A stretch of DNA of 64,000 bases from Pseudothermotoga sp. (GCA_031962025.1 JAVRKW010000001.1); one strand, 5' to 3'; numbered from the stretch's first letter, positions 20,033 to 29,768 are shown. The notes: generated from the sequence alone by a model not told the origin. Numbers and translations are program-made.

Positions 20033-21595
20033 ATGAAAAGTATAGAGGGCTTGAAAGAGACATTCAGGTACGGTGCTTTTTCTCTTCCAGCAGTGAATTA
20101 CATGCTTTGCGAAGAAAACCTTTCAAAAGAGTGCAGAGAGGTTCTCTGTATACTGAAACTTGCATGGAAAGGGAACTTCAAAGAAGCAGTCCAGAGAATA
20201 GATAAAATTTTGAAAAGCTGCAAATCCAAAGCAGCGAAATATTTTCTTTTGGCGAACAAACTAGCATTTTTAAAATATACAGGCAAATTAGATATGAATC
20301 TGTACAGGTACCTGAAAAGAAACCTCCCCAAAATGCCAAAATCAATAAGAGACACTGTGATCGTTACTTTAATAAATTTTGAAGCAAGCGGAGTGAAGTC
20401 ACTGCGGAATGTGAGGGTGTGGAAAAACGATTACAGAAAATCCACACTTTCTTTTTTATATCTTTCCCTGGCAAGAAGGGAAGCAGATTCTGGAAGACTT
20501 TCTGAGGCGGTACATGATTACATACAGGCTTACAGACTATCCAGGGAGGTTCCCCACCCAACCTGCATTTTTTCCTCCTTGAACGATCTTGCATGGGATA
20601 TTAAAGAAAAACATCCAAGACTTGCCTATGACCTTTCTCAAGGAGCTGTTTTCTGGCTTGGATACTATAGAGAAGAACCAGGAAATCTCTTTGGAGCGCT
20701 GGATACTCTGTTTGTTGTGGAAAAAGATATTGATTCACCGTCTATCCACAGCACTGCGCATATCATTGTTTCGCTTTCTGTACCAGAGGATTATCTGTCT
20801 CTGCTCAAAAAAGCGAGGAAATTTGTGTTGGACTACACAAGATCAACTTATCCGAACACAAGTCAGTTGAGAAGATATGTTGAAAGGGTCGCTTGGAAAG
20901 GAAAAACTCTCAGTTCCAAAGGTATCTCGGATATATTGAAAGGAAAAACAAAAATGATTCGTGCAGATACGATAAGAAGACTGTTGACATCTGGTGTTGA
21001 TACAGGGGTACCCTTTCCTGTCTGGAACGAGTGGATAAAGATGGAGATTGAAAGAAAATACAAGGAGTCGTCAGAAAAGCTTAAAGAGTTCCCCTTTCAT
21101 CAGAAACGAGTCCTTTTTCTTTCCACCTACATGGCTCTTCTTGATAGAAAATTCCTTTCAAGGAAAGAAAGACTCAAAAAAGCATACACACTCCTTGAAG
21201 ATATTGAACCGTTCGCTGATTTCATGGCAAAAGATCACCAGACCATGGAATTTGTTGTTTCAATAATGAAGGCTCATCCTTTCATTGAAGGAAGGAAAGA
21301 GGTGGTGAAGAAAGCCCTTGAAAGGATGAAAGGAGAGAAACTGGAAAGATTTGCTCTGAGATACATCGAGATGAAAGAATCCGACAGAAAACTCCTTGAC
21401 AGATTTCTGAGAAACTATGGAAGGTACGATGGAGTGAGGTTTGGCATCAGGCTAAAGGGACCGGATGTGGTGAGGGAGTTTGCAAGGAGGTATTCTCTCA
21501 AGTTTCAGCCCCTGTTTGTTGCTTTCTGGTGTGAAGAGGACGGCAGAGTGAGAAGAAGGCTGGAGAGAATAATGCACCACATGATTCATGAATGA
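20033..21595 (+). CDS. Hypothetical all-helical protein with TPR-like region and internal XRE-like HTH; candidate regulator
   Basis: 520-aa ORF with SD GGGAG; TPR-like LSLARREADSGRLSEAVHDYIQAYRL; HTH-like LSSKGISDILKGKTKMIRADTIRRL. Confidence 0.7.
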   Translation: MKSIEGLKETFRYGAFSLPAVNYMLCEENLSKECREVLCILKLAWKGNFKEAVQRIDKILKSCKSKAAKYFLLANKLAFLKYTGKLDMNLYRYLKRNLPKMPKSIRDTVIVTLINFEASGVKSLRNVRVWKNDYRKSTLSFLYLSLARREADSGRLSEAVHDYIQAYRLSREVPHPTCIFSSLNDLAWDIKEKHPRLAYDLSQGAVFWLGYYREEPGNLFGALDTLFVVEKDIDSPSIHSTAHIIVSLSVPEDYLSLLKKARKFVLDYTRSTYPNTSQLRRYVERVAWKGKTLSSKGISDILKGKTKMIRADTIRRLLTSGVDTGVPFPVWNEWIKMEIERKYKESSEKLKEFPFHQKRVLFLSTYMALLDRKFLSRKERLKKAYTLLEDIEPFADFMAKDHQTMEFVVSIMKAHPFIEGRKEVVKKALERMKGEKLERFALRYIEMKESDRKLLDRFLRNYGRYDGVRFGIRLKGPDVVREFARRYSLKFQPLFVAFWCEEDGRVRRRLERIMHHMIHE

Positions 21596-21599
21596 CCAA

Positions 21600-22053
21600 G
21601 TGGGAAAACAGGTTTTTGTTCCCTGATTTTCCACGATATCACACATCCACCAGAGGAATTCCTGGTGACTTGGGCTCACCGCTGCGGTGACGGGTAGTGA
21701 GAGTGTGAAACGTGGAGTTTTTTGCCGAATCCCTTTCCCAGCCAGCTTGCCCAAATCAGAGGAAAGAGCACCGTGTCGAAATCGAATCTTTCTAACATCG
21801 CAAGTGCTGCTTCTTCGCTGTGAGCAGAAAAACCGATGTACCTTATCAATCTTTCTTTTTTTGCTTTCAAAAAGGCCTCTATAGCTCCATTCGGTGAAAA
21901 GATGGCTTCCACTTCGTCCAGTGTGGTCACGGCATGGAACTGATAGAGGTCGAAATGGTCGGTGTTAAGTCTTTTCAGAGATTCGTTCAGCTCTTTCCAT
22001 GCGCCTTCTTTTGTTCTCTCCATCGTTTTACAGGCAAGAAATACCTGATCTCT
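21600..22053 (-). pseudogene. Aldo/keto reductase pseudogene (5' truncated, internal deletion with frameshift)
   Basis: RDQVFLACKT, SLKRLNTDHFDLYQFH, IRYIGFSAH in one frame; RFTLSLPVTAAVSP C-terminal segment in another frame; N-terminus absent. Confidence 0.85.
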
Positions 22054-22143
22054 GTGACCTCCTCCCATCCCTGAAGCGGGTGGGCTTCCCCTTTCACCGA
22101 GGGAAGCTTATGCGGATATAGGGGTTACTCCCTGGTCACCAGG
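22054..22143 (-). mobile_element. IS200/IS605-family right-end (omega-RNA-like) remnant
   Basis: Minus strand GCTTCCCTCGGTGAAAGGGGAAGCCCACCCGCTTCAGGGATGGGAGGAGGTCAC: nested hairpins ending GGAGGAGGTCAC, abutting the truncated AKR gene. Confidence 0.65.
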
Positions 22144-22275
22144 ATATACCATGAAAAAATAAAATATGGATTTTGCAGTTTACGAAAATCGGAAGATACT
22201 AACAGTATCTGTTATTTAGTTTTAAAAATCTCACTGTATGTGAGGAAAATACTATAAAAACATCTTGTTTAATTT

Positions 22276-23319
22276 TTATTTTCCCATTGCTCGTGCTATA
22301 TCAGCCAAGTCTGGGTGAACAACCTCTCCTTCATTAAGGAGCAGTTGATCGTCAAGCCAGACAGTTGAATTCAGGCATATTCCATCAGCATGAGAAACGG
22401 CTTCACCAAGTTTTCCCTTAAAAGCTGGCCCCTGGTAGCCAAATCCCCATTCAGTTGATCCCCAAACTCGTTCGTCCTCAGTGCACAAACCACTCAGTTT
22501 CGCACCAGGATTAAATCCATAACAAACGTGAGCTAAGTAATACATTCTTGGATCTTGAAGCTTTTCAAGCCATCTTCTAACGAATTTTGCTTCTTCCTGA
22601 CCTTTTATTTCAACAATTTTCCCATGTTTAACTACAAGCTCTATCGGATGTGCAAGTATGCCAAGATCAGCTTCTCCACCACCAGAGAAAGAACCATCAA
22701 AGACTATAACTCCATTAATGCTTTCTTCAAGTGGTGCCCATCCAATCTGTCCAAGCAGAAAATGGGGTCCTGGCACATCTGCGCGTAACTCATTTGTTAC
22801 GGGCCTTCCAGGTACATTCTCAAAAGATACATCCGTACCAGCTGGTGTGGTAATTCTTATTTTTCGTGCTTTCTTGGTTAGTTCAACAACCGTGTTTTGA
22901 AATTTCTCTTGAAGAGTTAAATTCACACGAGCAATGCATCGAGTAATCCTTTCGCGATCTAATCCCCCTAAGAACAAATACCGTGTGCGTCCGTTTGACA
23001 TTGCTTGCGTCCAAGCGGTATTGTAGAGTAACCATTGATTGTTGTACTCAATCCAGACATCAGCAGCTGGAATGGCTGCTTTCAGGGATTCTGGTAGCTG
23101 TTCATCGGCTATCTTACCATAGCCACGCGGTGTAGTGTGCCACGCCACCATAACTTTTGCCCCGATTGCTTCGGCAGCCTTAGCTGTTTCTTCAGCTGGT
23201 TTAAAATCCATTGCAGAATCGATTGTTATGAGAACAGATTCACCTGCTTTTACCCTGCAAAGCTCTGATACTACTGTGTAAGCTGCTTTTGCAACCTCAA
23301 GTTCAAACACATCCATCAT
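22276..23319 (-). CDS. Leucyl aminopeptidase/M29-like metallohydrolase
   Basis: VKAGESVLIT, IRITTPAGTDVSF, GVIVFDGS, AHVCYGFNP, EDER, SHADGICLN; SD GGAGGTG. Confidence 0.8.
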   Translation of the reverse strand: MMDVFELEVAKAAYTVVSELCRVKAGESVLITIDSAMDFKPAEETAKAAEAIGAKVMVAWHTTPRGYGKIADEQLPESLKAAIPAADVWIEYNNQWLLYNTAWTQAMSNGRTRYLFLGGLDRERITRCIARVNLTLQEKFQNTVVELTKKARKIRITTPAGTDVSFENVPGRPVTNELRADVPGPHFLLGQIGWAPLEESINGVIVFDGSFSGGGEADLGILAHPIELVVKHGKIVEIKGQEEAKFVRRWLEKLQDPRMYYLAHVCYGFNPGAKLSGLCTEDERVWGSTEWGFGYQGPAFKGKLGEAVSHADGICLNSTVWLDDQLLLNEGEVVHPDLADIARAMGK

Positions 23320-23338
23320 GAAAACACCTCCCAGTGTG

Positions 23339-24172
23339 TTAGTCATGGCTTTCTTGCCTCGCATAAGTATGAATATATTGATTGAGAAATCTTTCCAGAT
23401 AAATCATGAATTCAGGTTCGTTATGAAAGCACAATGTAACAGCTTTCTCCAGATCATTCCTGTACACCTCTAACATATGGAAATTGTTGTGCTTTATACG
23501 AATCAGGTAATCACACACCTTGAGAGCTGCTTCCATGAGTCTAATCATTCCATAATTCGATGGTTCAACCGAGCTAATTTTGGCTGAGGTAACCAGAAAA
23601 ACGAGCAATTCCATTAACGATTGAACAGTCTGTCTATGAAGATCAACCTCCTCATTTTGTTCGATCTCGTCCGCTTCGATGTGAATCACAGCTTCATTTC
23701 TGGGTGGGGGAGGTGGCAATTCTTTATAATGCCCCACAGTAACCAGTAACACGGGTTTTATACCATCCGGAAGTTGAAGAATAGCGCGAAGTGAATCTGA
23801 ATCAAAAGAGCTAACAGGGCATGTGCCAAGTCCAAGCTCGAAAGCTCGCAACATCATGTTTTGGCATGCCATGGCAATGTCCATAATACAATTCAAATGC
23901 CACTCTTTCAGTTTGAGGGCTTCCATTTTTGCTTCATTCAGACATAGCAAAATCACTGCTTTGGGATTACTTAGAATGCCCGGTGAGACACTTCTTATGA
24001 GTTCAATCGAATGAGGATTGTGATAACAATAAAACTCCCATAGTTGCAAATTACCAGCAGAGGGAGCATAGATTCCAGCAAGCATGATTTCGTGCAATAC
24101 GGTACTTTCCACCGGTTTGTCTATGAAAGAACGTATACTTCTTCTTCTGAAAATAGCATCTTTAACTTCCAT
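23339..24172 (-). CDS. Nitroreductase family protein with extra C-terminal ~90-aa domain (DUF6092-like)
   Basis: RRRSIRSF, APSAGNLQLW, MACQNMMLRAFELGLGTC; C-terminal LVTSAK...EPSNYGMIRLMEAA. Confidence 0.85.
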   Translation of the reverse strand: MEVKDAIFRRRSIRSFIDKPVESTVLHEIMLAGIYAPSAGNLQLWEFYCYHNPHSIELIRSVSPGILSNPKAVILLCLNEAKMEALKLKEWHLNCIMDIAMACQNMMLRAFELGLGTCPVSSFDSDSLRAILQLPDGIKPVLLVTVGHYKELPPPPPRNEAVIHIEADEIEQNEEVDLHRQTVQSLMELLVFLVTSAKISSVEPSNYGMIRLMEAALKVCDYLIRIKHNNFHMLEVYRNDLEKAVTLCFHNEPEFMIYLERFLNQYIHTYARQESHD

Positions 24173-25175
24173 TCAAAACTCCTCCCAGAGAAGTTACCTT
24201 TTCTTTTGAGTATAAATGGCATTTCACAAATCTGTCAGAGGTTATCTCATAATTTTCAGGCTCCCGCTGTTTGCATAATTCCCAGGCGAACGGGCATCTT
24301 GTATGGAAAGAACAGCCCGGAGGCACGTTTACTGGACTTGGTATTTCACCAGTTGACTGAATTTTCTTGGGCTTGAGATCCTCCTCGGCTTCTGTTACAA
24401 CAGGGATGGAAGATAGCAACATTTGCGTATATGGATGCGCGGGCTTGGCAAACACATCCAGTGTTGGTCCTTGTTCAATTATCTTGCCCAAATACATGAT
24501 TGCTATTCTATTTGATATATTTCGAACCAAACTGAGGTCATGAGTTATAAAAAGATATGTTAATCCCAGTTCTTCTTTTAGTTTAAGAAGAGTGCGTATT
24601 ATCTTGGCTTGTATTGAAACATCCAATGCAGAGGTAGGTTCATCGAGAATTATAAATGATGGTTGGGAAGCAAGGGCTCGTGCAATCGCAACGAGCTGTT
24701 TCTCTCCTCCCCCGATATCTCGGGGCAATTTGTAAAGATAATCCAATGGCAGTTCTACCATTTCAATATACTTTGTAATTCTCTTTCTCAATTCTCTTCC
24801 GCTTATCCTATCATGAACCAGTATCGGCGCTGCAACAATTTGGGCAATAGATTTAGTTGGGTTAAGAGATGTTCCAGGATCCTGAAAAACAATCTGAATT
24901 TCTCTCTTCAAATCTGCAGAGCGCTTCCAGTGGATTCTACTGATATCTTTCCCTTTATAAATAATTTTGCCCGCCGTAGGCTCGTACATACCAACTATCG
25001 TGTATGCAGTTGTACTTTTCCCTGAGCCTGACTCACCAACTAAAGCAAAAACATCCTTTTCGTTTACATTGAAATCTATACCATCCACGGCTTTCACGTA
25101 GATATCTTTTTTCTTGGTTGGAAAATACTTTTTGAGATTCTGAATTTGTAAGATCACTTGCACTATATTCATCAC
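24162..25175 (-). CDS. Oligopeptide-type ABC ATP-binding protein (OppF-like)
   Basis: GESGSGKS, degenerate signature IGGGEKQL, DEPTSALD, GCSFHTRC. Confidence 0.93.
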   Translation of the reverse strand: MMNIVQVILQIQNLKKYFPTKKKDIYVKAVDGIDFNVNEKDVFALVGESGSGKSTTAYTIVGMYEPTAGKIIYKGKDISRIHWKRSADLKREIQIVFQDPGTSLNPTKSIAQIVAAPILVHDRISGRELRKRITKYIEMVELPLDYLYKLPRDIGGGEKQLVAIARALASQPSFIILDEPTSALDVSIQAKIIRTLLKLKEELGLTYLFITHDLSLVRNISNRIAIMYLGKIIEQGPTLDVFAKPAHPYTQMLLSSIPVVTEAEEDLKPKKIQSTGEIPSPVNVPPGCSFHTRCPFAWELCKQREPENYEITSDRFVKCHLYSKEKVTSLGGVLNGS

Positions 25176-25181
25176 TCCTCT

Positions 25182-26156
25182 TCACTTTCTCTCTTCGTAA
25201 AGAAAACAAGCAACTTGGTGATTGTCTGTAACTTGATAGAAATGAGGTTTCTCAACAAAACATTTATCCATTGCGTATTCACACCTTGGAGCGAATCTAC
25301 AACCTTGAGGTGGATTCAAATAATCTGGAATTCTTCCTTTGATACCTTCTGCTATACCCTCACCTGTCAACCTAGGCAGTGAAGTCAGCAATCCTTTCGT
25401 ATAGGGATGATATGGATCTTCAAAAATTTGATAACTGTCGGCATGTTCGACAATGGTTCCAGCATACATCACATATATCCTGTCACATGTTTCCCGAGCA
25501 ACTCCAAGAGAATGAGTTACAAGAACTAGGGCAAGTTGTTGTTCCTGACACAAATGCTTTATAAGCTTGAGCACTTGGTCTTGGATTGTTACATCCAGAT
25601 TGGTTGTTGGTTCATCGGCTAATATTATATTTGGTTCCGCAGCAAGTGCCATAGCAATACAAACGCGTTGCCTCATACCACCGCTCAATTGGAATGGAAA
25701 ATTAGAATAGAGTCTCTCTGCATCAGGAAGACGTGCAAGCCGCAGCGCGTTGACAGCGGCTTGTGCTGTCTTTTCAGTACGGCCAGCGGCATACTTTATC
25801 ACAAGTTCCAATTGCTCGCCAATAGTGAATACAGGATTAAGTGATGCTGTTGGATCCTGAAATACCATTGCTATTCTTCGAGCTGGTTCTCTTCTCACGT
25901 GATACCTCGTCACTTCCAATATGGTTTTGTCGTTCGCTGTTATTCTGCCATCGGTCAGAATAGCATTATGCGCCAGGATTCCCATTACAGCCTTCAATGT
26001 GGTAGTCTTCCCGCAACCAGTCTCACCGACTAGTCCAACTTTTTCTCCCTTTTTGACTTCCAGATTCACTCTATCCAGAACTTTCAACATACCTTTGTAA
26101 ACCTTGTAAGAAACGCTCAAATTCTCAATCTTCAATGCAATATCAGCGATAGTCAT
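25182..26156 (-). CDS. Oligopeptide-type ABC ATP-binding protein (OppD-like)
   Basis: [32 protein letters not shown]. Confidence 0.94.
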   Translation of the reverse strand: MTIADIALKIENLSVSYKVYKGMLKVLDRVNLEVKKGEKVGLVGETGCGKTTTLKAVMGILAHNAILTDGRITANDKTILEVTRYHVRREPARRIAMVFQDPTASLNPVFTIGEQLELVIKYAAGRTEKTAQAAVNALRLARLPDAERLYSNFPFQLSGGMRQRVCIAMALAAEPNIILADEPTTNLDVTIQDQVLKLIKHLCQEQQLALVLVTHSLGVARETCDRIYVMYAGTIVEHADSYQIFEDPYHPYTKGLLTSLPRLTGEGIAEGIKGRIPDYLNPPQGCRFAPRCEYAMDKCFVEKPHFYQVTDNHQVACFLYEERK

Positions 26157-26160
26157 GCAC

Positions 26161-27054
26161 TCACTCCCCCGACGTCAACATTTCTCTGATTCCATCTCCC
26201 AGTAGGTTAAAAGCGAGTATTATAACTACTATCATAAGGGCTGGGAACACGGATATCCACCAGTATGTGGGCAAATATTTTGCACCGTCAGAAACCATGG
26301 TTCCGAGTGCGGGAGTTGGTGGTTGTTCACCAAGGCCGACAAAGCTGAGTGAGGCGCCAGTAAGAATAACCCATCCTACATCGAGTGTCATCTTTGTAAG
26401 GATAGAACCAAGATGGTTTGGCAGTATTTCTGAAAACATGATTTTGAGCCGACTCATTCCAATCAATTCTGTGGCTTTGATAAATGGTTCATTTCTGATC
26501 GAAATTGTCATTCCATATACCAGCCTAGCATACCAAGGCCACCAGGAAACACAAACCGCGATCATTGAATTTGTCAGTGTCGGTTTGAGTAAAGCAGCAA
26601 TCGCCAAAGCAAGAACCAAAGGTGGTACTGCCAAAAACACGTCTGTTATCCTCATAATAACAGTACTGAACCAAGTTCCTTCAAAATAGCCACCAATCAG
26701 TCCAACGACTGTCCCAAGTGGTACAACAATTGCAAGGACTACTGATCCCATTATTAATGCTCCTCTGAAGGCAAAAAACACTCTGCTTAGTATGTCGCGC
26801 CCCATAGCATCTGTTCCAAAAGGATGGGTCAGACTTGGTGGTCTGCAGGTGTTTCCAAAATCCACAAATGGGCCAGCGTGTTCAGGGAATGGTGCTACAA
26901 AAGGAGCAAATACAGCAATGAATACTATGGTTAATACCATAACTAGGCCGAGAACAGAAAGCTTACTCCTCGAAAAGCGATACCATGCACGCTTCAATCT
27001 CTCTTTGTATGCAGAACCTACGGTTAACTCCCCTATTGCATGTCCTTCACGCAA
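26161..27054 (-). CDS. Oligopeptide-type ABC permease (OppC-like)
   Basis: HPFGTDAMGRDI, LSFVGLG, FNLLGDG; TTG start after GGGGGGAG. Confidence 0.93.
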   Translation of the reverse strand: MREGHAIGELTVGSAYKERLKRAWYRFSRSKLSVLGLVMVLTIVFIAVFAPFVAPFPEHAGPFVDFGNTCRPPSLTHPFGTDAMGRDILSRVFFAFRGALIMGSVVLAIVVPLGTVVGLIGGYFEGTWFSTVIMRITDVFLAVPPLVLALAIAALLKPTLTNSMIAVCVSWWPWYARLVYGMTISIRNEPFIKATELIGMSRLKIMFSEILPNHLGSILTKMTLDVGWVILTGASLSFVGLGEQPPTPALGTMVSDGAKYLPTYWWISVFPALMIVVIILAFNLLGDGIREMLTSGE

Positions 27055-28075
27055 CTTTGCTCCCCCCAAATCTCACTCTTGGATCAAGATATGCTATTAT
27101 GACATCTATGATGATATTTGCGACAGTATAAGCAATGCCTATGATTAAAACTACACTTATGATTGCGAAAAGATCTTTGTTCAACATTGCCTCAACACCA
27201 TATCTTGAGAAGCCAGGATAGAGAAAGACCAGTTCAACCAGGAAAGCATTACCGAGTAATGCGGCGATATCAAGAGCCATTATCGAAACAGGAGCTACGA
27301 GCGAAGGTTTCAACAGAAGGCGTTTGTAGATCAACTTTTCGGGTATACCATATGCCCTGGCTGCCAGAATGTAATCTTTTTCGGCATTATCGACCATGCT
27401 AGCTCTAGTCATTCTTGCCGCTTGTGCCGCTCCTCCCATAGCCAATGCTAACGAAGGAAGGATAATGTGCCATAGTGCATCGAGAGCAACGCGGAACCGC
27501 CCTGTTAGCAGACCGTCGATGGTGTACATCCCAGTGATTCTCGGAGGAGGAGTTAGATTTGAACTTAACCTTCCAATAGTTGGGAAAATCGGAATGATAT
27601 ATGAGAATACTAGAGAGAACAAAATTGCCCAGACAAAAGCAGGTGTAACTATTCCAACGTAAGACATTATTCTGATCACACCATCCAACCATGTTTTGGC
27701 AAATCTTGCCGACAACCTTCCCAGATTGATTCCAATGATAGCCATGAAAACCGCTGAAAGGCATATTATTTCAAGCGATGCCGGTAGATATTCCGCGATA
27801 TCTACTTTTATTGAACGTCTCGACCGCAATGACTCACCAAGGTCACCCTTCAATAAGTTTGATAACCAAAGAAAATACCTTTCCACCAGGGGTTTGTCAA
27901 GATTCATTTGCTTTCTCAATGCTTCAACAGCCCATTCTGGAGCCCTTGGGCCCAGAGCCATACGAGCGGGATCGCCAGGAACAATGTTGGAAATCAAGAA
28001 AATCAGAACAGAAACACCTAGAAGAACCCCCACTGAGTAAATCAGACGTTTGATGAAATACTTTGCTAAGGACAT
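27047..28075 (-). CDS. Oligopeptide-type ABC permease (OppB-like)
   Basis: PGDPAR, GDLGES, YILAARAYG, LDPRVR. Confidence 0.93.
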   Translation of the reverse strand: MSLAKYFIKRLIYSVGVLLGVSVLIFLISNIVPGDPARMALGPRAPEWAVEALRKQMNLDKPLVERYFLWLSNLLKGDLGESLRSRRSIKVDIAEYLPASLEIICLSAVFMAIIGINLGRLSARFAKTWLDGVIRIMSYVGIVTPAFVWAILFSLVFSYIIPIFPTIGRLSSNLTPPPRITGMYTIDGLLTGRFRVALDALWHIILPSLALAMGGAAQAARMTRASMVDNAEKDYILAARAYGIPEKLIYKRLLLKPSLVAPVSIMALDIAALLGNAFLVELVFLYPGFSRYGVEAMLNKDLFAIISVVLIIGIAYTVANIIIDVIIAYLDPRVRFGGSKVA

Positions 28076-28101
28076 GACACTCACCACCGCTAGATTTCAT
28101 A

Positions 28102-28131
28102 ACCTGGATAGGGGCCCAACCCTATCCAGGT
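28102..28131 (-). promoter_or_regulatory. Intercistronic hairpin after the substrate-binding protein gene
   Basis: 12-bp perfect stem ACCTGGATAGGG/CCCTATCCAGGT with 6-nt loop. Confidence 0.75.
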
Positions 28132-28145
28132 AAATGAAAATATCC

Positions 28146-29768
28146 TTACTTTCTCTTTTCCGGGAATACTTTCATATCGTGTGCGTAAAGAGTGTAACCA
28201 AGTGGTAATGCGATTTTTTTACCCTGTTTCAGCCAGTCTGCAACAGGCCAGTAAACGTAGGATGCCTGATAGGCTCTTGTTTCCGCACGATCTATCAACC
28301 ATATAGTAGGACACAGATCAACCAGTTTTCTCTGAATAGCATAGTATTTCTCATATCGCTTTTGTGTATCAATTGTTGCCAAAGCATCCTCGATCATCGC
28401 GTCTATCTCTGGATCGAGCAACCATTCACATTGTTCCCACGTGCCGGTGGATTTTGAATGATAGCGTGTGGCCAGCATTCCACCGGCTTCCATGTAATGA
28501 GCTGCCACGAATATGATCGAGAGATGTGGCGTAGTTTCAATATTTTGAGCATCAGCTATCATTGAACCAAATGGTTTCTTTGTGATTTCAACTTTGATAC
28601 CCAGTTTTGCAAAATTTGCTTGCAGCATGAGTGCAATTTTTTCTTCCTCTGGGACTTCGGCACACCAGGACAAAGAGAGGGGATACTTATCAAGTTGTCC
28701 ATAATATTTGGATTTCTTAAGTTCTTCGCGTGCTTTGTCCAGGTTAAACTCAGCCGGTTGTAACGTCGGGTCATGGCCCGGTAAAGTTTGTGGCACAGGA
28801 CCACGTGGTACAAGGGAACCTGGAAAGATCTTTTCTGCAACTGTTTTATAATCAGTTGCATATGCTAATGCTCTCCTGAAATGAATGTCATCAGTAGGTG
28901 GTTTCCGCGTATGAATCATAACATTAAGGTTCATACCACCTGGTACGAAGCGTATTACCTCTACTCCAGGCATTTTTGCCATAGCTTCATAACTTTCCAT
29001 GGGTTGGATTTCGTCAGTTATCTCAAGCTCTTTCTTTGCAACCATAGTTCTTATGGTGACCGGGTCTGCGGTTGCCATTTCTTTGAAGTATTCTGGAGCA
29101 TTAGCTTCCCATCCACCCCACCAGTCTGCAAACTTCTTTGCCAGCACATATTCTTCCATCTTGACATCTACGACTGCGTATGGACCACTTCCCGCATCAT
29201 GTTCAAGTAACCACTTGCGACCGTAATCACCATATTCACCATATGGACCGGGTTGAATATGTTTCAGCACCTCATCTTTCTCTAGAATATATAATCTCAC
29301 AAGGATACTAAGGAATGGTCCACATGGTTTTTTCAGCTTAAACTGAACTGTGTAACGATCAAGGGCTTTCACATCTTCAATAAAGGGTTCAAACAGGTAA
29401 GCAAATCCTTCACCTATGGTCAACAATCTCTTGGTAGAAAAAACGACATCTTCAGCTGTCAGCTCATTGCCTGAATGGAATTTCACACCTTTTCTCAGGT
29501 GAAAAGTCCAGGTCAAACCATCTGCTGATACTTCCCAATCCGTTGCAAGATGCGGTCTGACAGTCCCATCTGGGTTGGGAAATACGAGACTATCGTATAG
29601 ATTGACAATAGCTATACAGTCTGAGAAATCGCTTCCAACAGCAGGATCGATATACGTTGGCCAATCTTCTGTTGTGCGTATGATGCTATCAGATTGGCCA
29701 AAACACGTGGCAGCCATTAATAGGAACACTAAGGACCCTACCGTAAACAGACATACCAGTTGTCTCAC
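28146..29768 (-). CDS. ABC substrate-binding protein, family 5 (OppA/DppA-like)
   Basis: Signal peptide, LYDSLV, WTFHLRKGVKFHSGNELTAEDVVFS, GSGPY. Confidence 0.95.
   Translation of the reverse strand: MRQLVCLFTVGSLVFLLMAATCFGQSDSIIRTTEDWPTYIDPAVGSDFSDCIAIVNLYDSLVFPNPDGTVRPHLATDWEVSADGLTWTFHLRKGVKFHSGNELTAEDVVFSTKRLLTIGEGFAYLFEPFIEDVKALDRYTVQFKLKKPCGPFLSILVRLYILEKDEVLKHIQPGPYGEYGDYGRKWLLEHDAGSGPYAVVDVKMEEYVLAKKFADWWGGWEANAPEYFKEMATADPVTIRTMVAKKELEITDEIQPMESYEAMAKMPGVEVIRFVPGGMNLNVMIHTRKPPTDDIHFRRALAYATDYKTVAEKIFPGSLVPRGPVPQTLPGHDPTLQPAEFNLDKAREELKKSKYYGQLDKYPLSLSWCAEVPEEEKIALMLQANFAKLGIKVEITKKPFGSMIADAQNIETTPHLSIIFVAAHYMEAGGMLATRYHSKSTGTWEQCEWLLDPEIDAMIEDALATIDTQKRYEKYYAIQRKLVDLCPTIWLIDRAETRAYQASYVYWPVADWLKQGKKIALPLGYTLYAHDMKVFPEKRK

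Noticed and set aside
21676..22068. 130-aa ORF as an intact aldo/keto reductase
   Set aside because: Its start lies inside the IS-end-like hairpin and its end is frameshifted; treated as a pseudogene
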